Assembly (NCBI GenBank): GCA_035623825.1
Contig: DASPSR010000010.1
Location: 1-19,462 of the forward strand
Source: Nitrospirota bacterium
Lineage (GTDB): Bacteria > Nitrospirota > UBA9217
Direction: 5' to 3'
DNA: 19,462 nt
Shown: positions 16,565 through 19,462 of the stretch, piece after piece
How the letters are laid out: every line of letters starts with the position of its first letter
Numbering within the stretch: position 1 is the first letter of the stretch
Translations under genes and position numbers: made by a program
The notes under the pieces: model-generated
Database searches by the model: none
Seen by the model: the letters and a program-made list of their open reading frames with translations, nothing else
Told to the model about the DNA's origin: nothing

Positions 16565-17089
16565 ATGTCTGTTCTGAGCAAATTGAAGGAAGCATTGATC
16601 TGTCTGAAGGCGGGGCGTGTTACGCTGCCCTATCCGGCGCAGGCACAGCCGGTACCTCCCAAGTTCAGGGGACGGCCCATCTTCGACGCGGCGAAGTGCA
16701 TCGGCTGCGCAGGATGCGCGAACAACTGCCCGGCCCGCGAGATACTGGTGATCGATCTCTGTCAGGAGATCCGCATTCTGAAGTACCTCGGCCGCCGGTG
16801 CGCGTACTGTGGCCGCTGCGCCGACGTTTGCCCGGAGAAGGCAATAACCATGAGCCACGAATTCGAGAACGCAACAGACAACATAACTGATATCGGGCAG
16901 ACGCTCGAGCTGTTCATGAGCACGTGCCAGCGCTGCGGCCGCTGCTTCAAGGAACCTTCCCCGCTTGAGCAATTGAAAATGAAAGGGTACCGCTTCGACG
17001 ATCTGAAGAATGACCGGTGGATCTTCCGGTCGCAGGCCTATCTCGGGGATGAACCGGTAGTGGACGATATTAAGCTGGAAATGGATTGA
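16565..17089 (+). CDS. hycF: group 4 hydrogenase 2x[4Fe-4S] subunit (HycF/NuoI family)
   Basis: TLPYP...FRGRP, CIGCAGCANNCP, CAYCGRCADVCP, C-terminal CQRC. Confidence 0.92.
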   Translation: MSVLSKLKEALICLKAGRVTLPYPAQAQPVPPKFRGRPIFDAAKCIGCAGCANNCPAREILVIDLCQEIRILKYLGRRCAYCGRCADVCPEKAITMSHEFENATDNITDIGQTLELFMSTCQRCGRCFKEPSPLEQLKMKGYRFDDLKNDRWIFRSQAYLGDEPVVDDIKLEMD

Positions 17090-17121
17090 TCGCGGACTAG
17101 TATTGATCGAGGAGCAACATT

Positions 17122-17658
17122 ATGTTCAAGAATCTCTGCCAAAAAATGTTCAAGAGGTCATTATGGGTCTACCATGCTAACAGCGGTGGCTGCAACGGCT
17201 GCGACATCGAAGTACTGAACGTGCTCACGCCTTATTATGACGCTGAACGGTTTGGCATAAAACTGGTCGGATCTCCGCGCCATGCCGACGTGATGCTCTG
17301 TCAGGGGCCGGCAATGCGGTCCACGGCATTGGCGCTGAAGCGAGCTTTCGACGCAATGCCAGCGCCGAAACTGGTCTTCGCCATCGGCTCCTGCGCCTGC
17401 GGCGGCGGACTGTGGCATGATTCCTATCCGGTCATCGGTCCGGTTGAAAAGGTTATTCCCGTGAATTATTTCGTTCCTGGCTGCCCTCCCCGTCCTGAGG
17501 CGATTCTTTACGGCGTCGCGGTTGCGCTCGGCGTCGTGGATAAAAAAACCGCACCGGTAAAGTTTAAACAACAGGAATACCCCATCCCTCTCTATCATCC
17601 TGGTGATCTGCGCACGCAGGACGAAATGATCGTCTATGAAAAGAAAGAAAAGCTCTAA
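17122..17658 (+). CDS. hycG: group 4 hydrogenase small subunit (HycG/NuoB family)
   Basis: SGGCNGCDIE, DAERFG, SPRHAD, IGSCACGGG, VPGCPPRPEAI; RBS GAGGAG. Confidence 0.95.
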   Translation: MFKNLCQKMFKRSLWVYHANSGGCNGCDIEVLNVLTPYYDAERFGIKLVGSPRHADVMLCQGPAMRSTALALKRAFDAMPAPKLVFAIGSCACGGGLWHDSYPVIGPVEKVIPVNYFVPGCPPRPEAILYGVAVALGVVDKKTAPVKFKQQEYPIPLYHPGDLRTQDEMIVYEKKEKL

Positions 17659-17685
17659 GGGAAATGCACAGGGGAGGAAGGGATC

Positions 17686-18126
17686 ATGATTCGAAAAATT
17701 CTATATGCGGTTATGGTTGGTCTAGTTCTGTCAACCGTCACTGCCATGGCAGATGACTCAGAAAAAGAAGCAGCTGCCGTTTCCGCAGCCGAAAAGTGGC
17801 TCGCGACAGTCGATGAGGGGAAATATGCAGCAAGCTGGCAGGATGCCGCTGAATTATTCAGGAATACTGTGGAGAAGAAGAAATGGGTGCAATTAATGAA
17901 GGCGGGTCGTAAGCCTCTCGGCAAGCTCATTTCAAGAAAAATGCAGTCGGAAATCTACAAGACCTCGCTGCCTGGCGCTTCCGAAGGGGAGTATGTAGTC
18001 ATACAGTTCGCGACATCTTTCGAGAACAAGAAAAAAACGATCGAGACGGTCACGCCTATGATGGACAAAGACGGGAGGTGGCGGGTCTCTGGATACTATA
18101 TAAATATTGAAAACGAGGCAAAATGA
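17686..18126 (+). CDS. DUF4019 domain exported protein
   Basis: Signal peptide (…TAMA-DD); AEKWLATVDEGKYAASW, RKPLG, SLPGA.EGEYVVIQFATSFENK, ETVT, WRVSGYYI pattern of DUF4019. Confidence 0.85.
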   Translation: MIRKILYAVMVGLVLSTVTAMADDSEKEAAAVSAAEKWLATVDEGKYAASWQDAAELFRNTVEKKKWVQLMKAGRKPLGKLISRKMQSEIYKTSLPGASEGEYVVIQFATSFENKKKTIETVTPMMDKDGRWRVSGYYINIENEAK

Positions 18127-18149
18127 AAGAAACGAGCGCATAGAGATCT

Positions 18150-18167
18150 ATTATGAGCGCTCATAAT
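18150..18167. promoter_or_regulatory. perfect 18-bp palindrome, candidate transcription-factor operator
   Basis: ATTATGAGCGCTCATAAT, 31 bp upstream of the tRNA-Val -35 box. Confidence 0.4.
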
Positions 18168-18198
18168 CAATATATCGGACAAAGTGGTTTTTTTATTC

Positions 18199-18227
18199 TT
18201 GACAAACATCCCCGAATTTCATAAATT
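18199..18227 (+). promoter_or_regulatory. sigma70-type promoter of tRNA-Val
   Basis: TTGACA (18199-18204), 17 bp spacer, TAAATT (18222-18227); T-rich UP-like tract upstream. Confidence 0.7.
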
Positions 18228-18246
18228 AACCGATACATAAGCAAAC

Positions 18247-18321
18247 AGGCTCGTAGCTCAGGGGGAGAGCGCTACCTTGACACGGTAGAGGTCGGCGGTT
18301 CGATACCGCCCGGGCCTACCA
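18247..18321 (+). tRNA. tRNA-Val(GAC)
   Basis: Acceptor AGGCTCG/CGGGCCT, anticodon arm CTACC-TTGACAC-GGTAG, GGTTCGATACC, 3' ACCA; 75 nt. Confidence 0.97.
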
Positions 18322-18424
18322 TAAAAACAATTGCTTATATTCTTCATATCTCAATACCTTCCATCTGGTGTGCCAGTTTTGTGTCAGATCGTTTGCTTGT
18401 CGTTTCGACCTTCCCAAAAATCGC

Positions 18425-18550
18425 CGGTGCAAAGTGGGCTCACATCATTGTCATTTTAAGGCTCTTGTGTCCAGGCAGCTTTGAAGTAGCAATATCAATT
18501 TCTCCGGTTATCGTTGCGAGGCTCGCATAGGTGTGACGGATATCGTAAAA
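18425..18550 (-). pseudogene. tyrosine recombinase/integrase C-terminal relic
   Basis: Manual translation FYDIRHTYASLATITGEIDIATSKLPGHKSLKMTMM*AHFAP matches the HxLRHT..S...LGH....T..YAH catalytic box; TGA at 18442-18440 sits at the catalytic Tyr position. Confidence 0.85.
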
Positions 18551-18584
18551 GGCGTTTATTTCGGGATGTTCTGTTGGCGTATTG

Positions 18585-18616
18585 AAAAAGAAGAGGACCG
18601 GCAGATGCCGGTCCTC
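18585..18616 (-). terminator. rho-independent terminator of the cytochrome gene
   Basis: Inverted repeat GAGGACCGGCA-GA-TGCCGGTCCTC (18593-18616) followed on the minus strand by TTCTTTTT. Confidence 0.85.
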
Positions 18617-18641
18617 CTTGGCACTACCGCTTCAGCATGCG

Positions 18642-19460
18642 TTAGTCTTTCGCATGGCACTTGTTGCAGAGCTGGCGCTGATAAGCCGAGAACTTCGTGA
18701 CGTTCTTGTCATAGTAGGCTTTTGCCACCTCTATTGAACTGCGGCCCCAGCCGTCGTCATTACCGGTAGGATATGCGCCGCCTTCAACGATGGTCGTGAT
18801 TTCCTCGTTCCATCTGAAGATTTCCGGCCAAGCTGACGCATGCGCCCTGTGGCAGGAGAGGCAGAACACCGTCATCGTTGCAGGTACCGTGCCGGAGCCC
18901 GGGCCGTTCAGGTTGGAATCGTCGGTCTTGGCATGGCTCGTCAGGGTGGTGACGTTGGCCTGGCTGTAGGGCAGGCCTTCTTCGAACGGAACAAGCGACA
19001 GGTACGACGTGGCCCCGGAGCCGGTCAGGTTGCCTGATTTCACATAGCTGTTGTAGTTGCCCTGGACCGTGCCGCTTGCGACCTGGTTCGTCGGGTGACG
19101 GAGGATACCAGCCGTGCTGTGCATGTCAGGATGGCAGGTGCCGCAGAGATCGCCCATGCCCGAGCTGTAGGCCGTGCGGGTCTGGGTGTAGTACTCTGAC
19201 CTGTTGTAGTTGCTGTTCACAATTGCGAGCGGCGGGTTGTTGCTGAAGGTCACGCCGTCAACGGTGTCGCCGCCGCCACGGAGCAGGCGGTAAACGCCAG
19301 TCGCCAGATTCTCGGACCCAACAACTGTCGGCTGGGAGCCGTACGAACCGGAGGTCCAGATCGCCTGGCCGGTCTTGGCATATGTGCCCGTCGTCAGATA
19401 GCGGCCTTTGCCATGCATGTCATGGCAGCTGGTGCAGGCGAGCTGAGCGCCCGGATACGT
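18642..19460 (-). CDS. omcS: OmcS-family multiheme c-type cytochrome, 5'-truncated by window edge
   Basis: Frame stays open to the window edge; four CxxCH motifs (CTSCH, CGTCH, CLSCH, CNKCH); YNSYVKSGNLTG, YLSLVPFEEG, HAKTDD, CLSCHRAHAS and terminal YQRQLCNKCHAKD closely recall Geobacter OmcS. Confidence 0.85.
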   Translation of the reverse strand, partial: TYPGAQLACTSCHDMHGKGRYLTTGTYAKTGQAIWTSGSYGSQPTVVGSENLATGVYRLLRGGGDTVDGVTFSNNPPLAIVNSNYNRSEYYTQTRTAYSSGMGDLCGTCHPDMHSTAGILRHPTNQVASGTVQGNYNSYVKSGNLTGSGATSYLSLVPFEEGLPYSQANVTTLTSHAKTDDSNLNGPGSGTVPATMTVFCLSCHRAHASAWPEIFRWNEEITTIVEGGAYPTGNDDGWGRSSIEVAKAYYDKNVTKFSAYQRQLCNKCHAKD

Positions 19461-19462
19461 GC

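Noticed and set aside
8150-16972. Long antisense ORFs (e.g. 8150-9001, 9661-10329, 13947-15023)
   Set aside because: Shadow frames of GC-rich sense genes with no independent family motifs.

Overview
Window from an anaerobic bacterium; gene content suggests Nitrospirota or Desulfobacterota, which is an inference. Core-type genes come first: the 3' end of a 2-oxoacid:ferredoxin oxidoreductase gamma subunit, a rhomboid protease, a zinc-ribbon/receiver protein, tRNA-Pro(CGG), an RpoS-like sigma factor and tRNA-Arg(CCT). A ~2.9 kb AT-rich islet with no integrase follows (small lipoprotein plus GT-C-like membrane protein), bounded by a degenerate copy of the tRNA-Arg 3' half with IHF sites. Next is a ~10.4 kb operon for a hybrid group 4 [NiFe]-hydrogenase. 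It combines an FdhF-fold subunit lacking the Mo-ligand and catalytic residues, an AsrA/AsrB (HydB/HydG)-type Fe-S and FAD/NAD(P) module, a HycI protease and HycC/HyfB-E-D-F-G homologues, with no HycB. After a DUF4019 gene and tRNA-Val(GAC) come a tyrosine-integrase relic and, on the minus strand, the C-terminal part of an OmcS-like multiheme cytochrome. The hybrid hydrogenase is the best candidate for an undescribed system.
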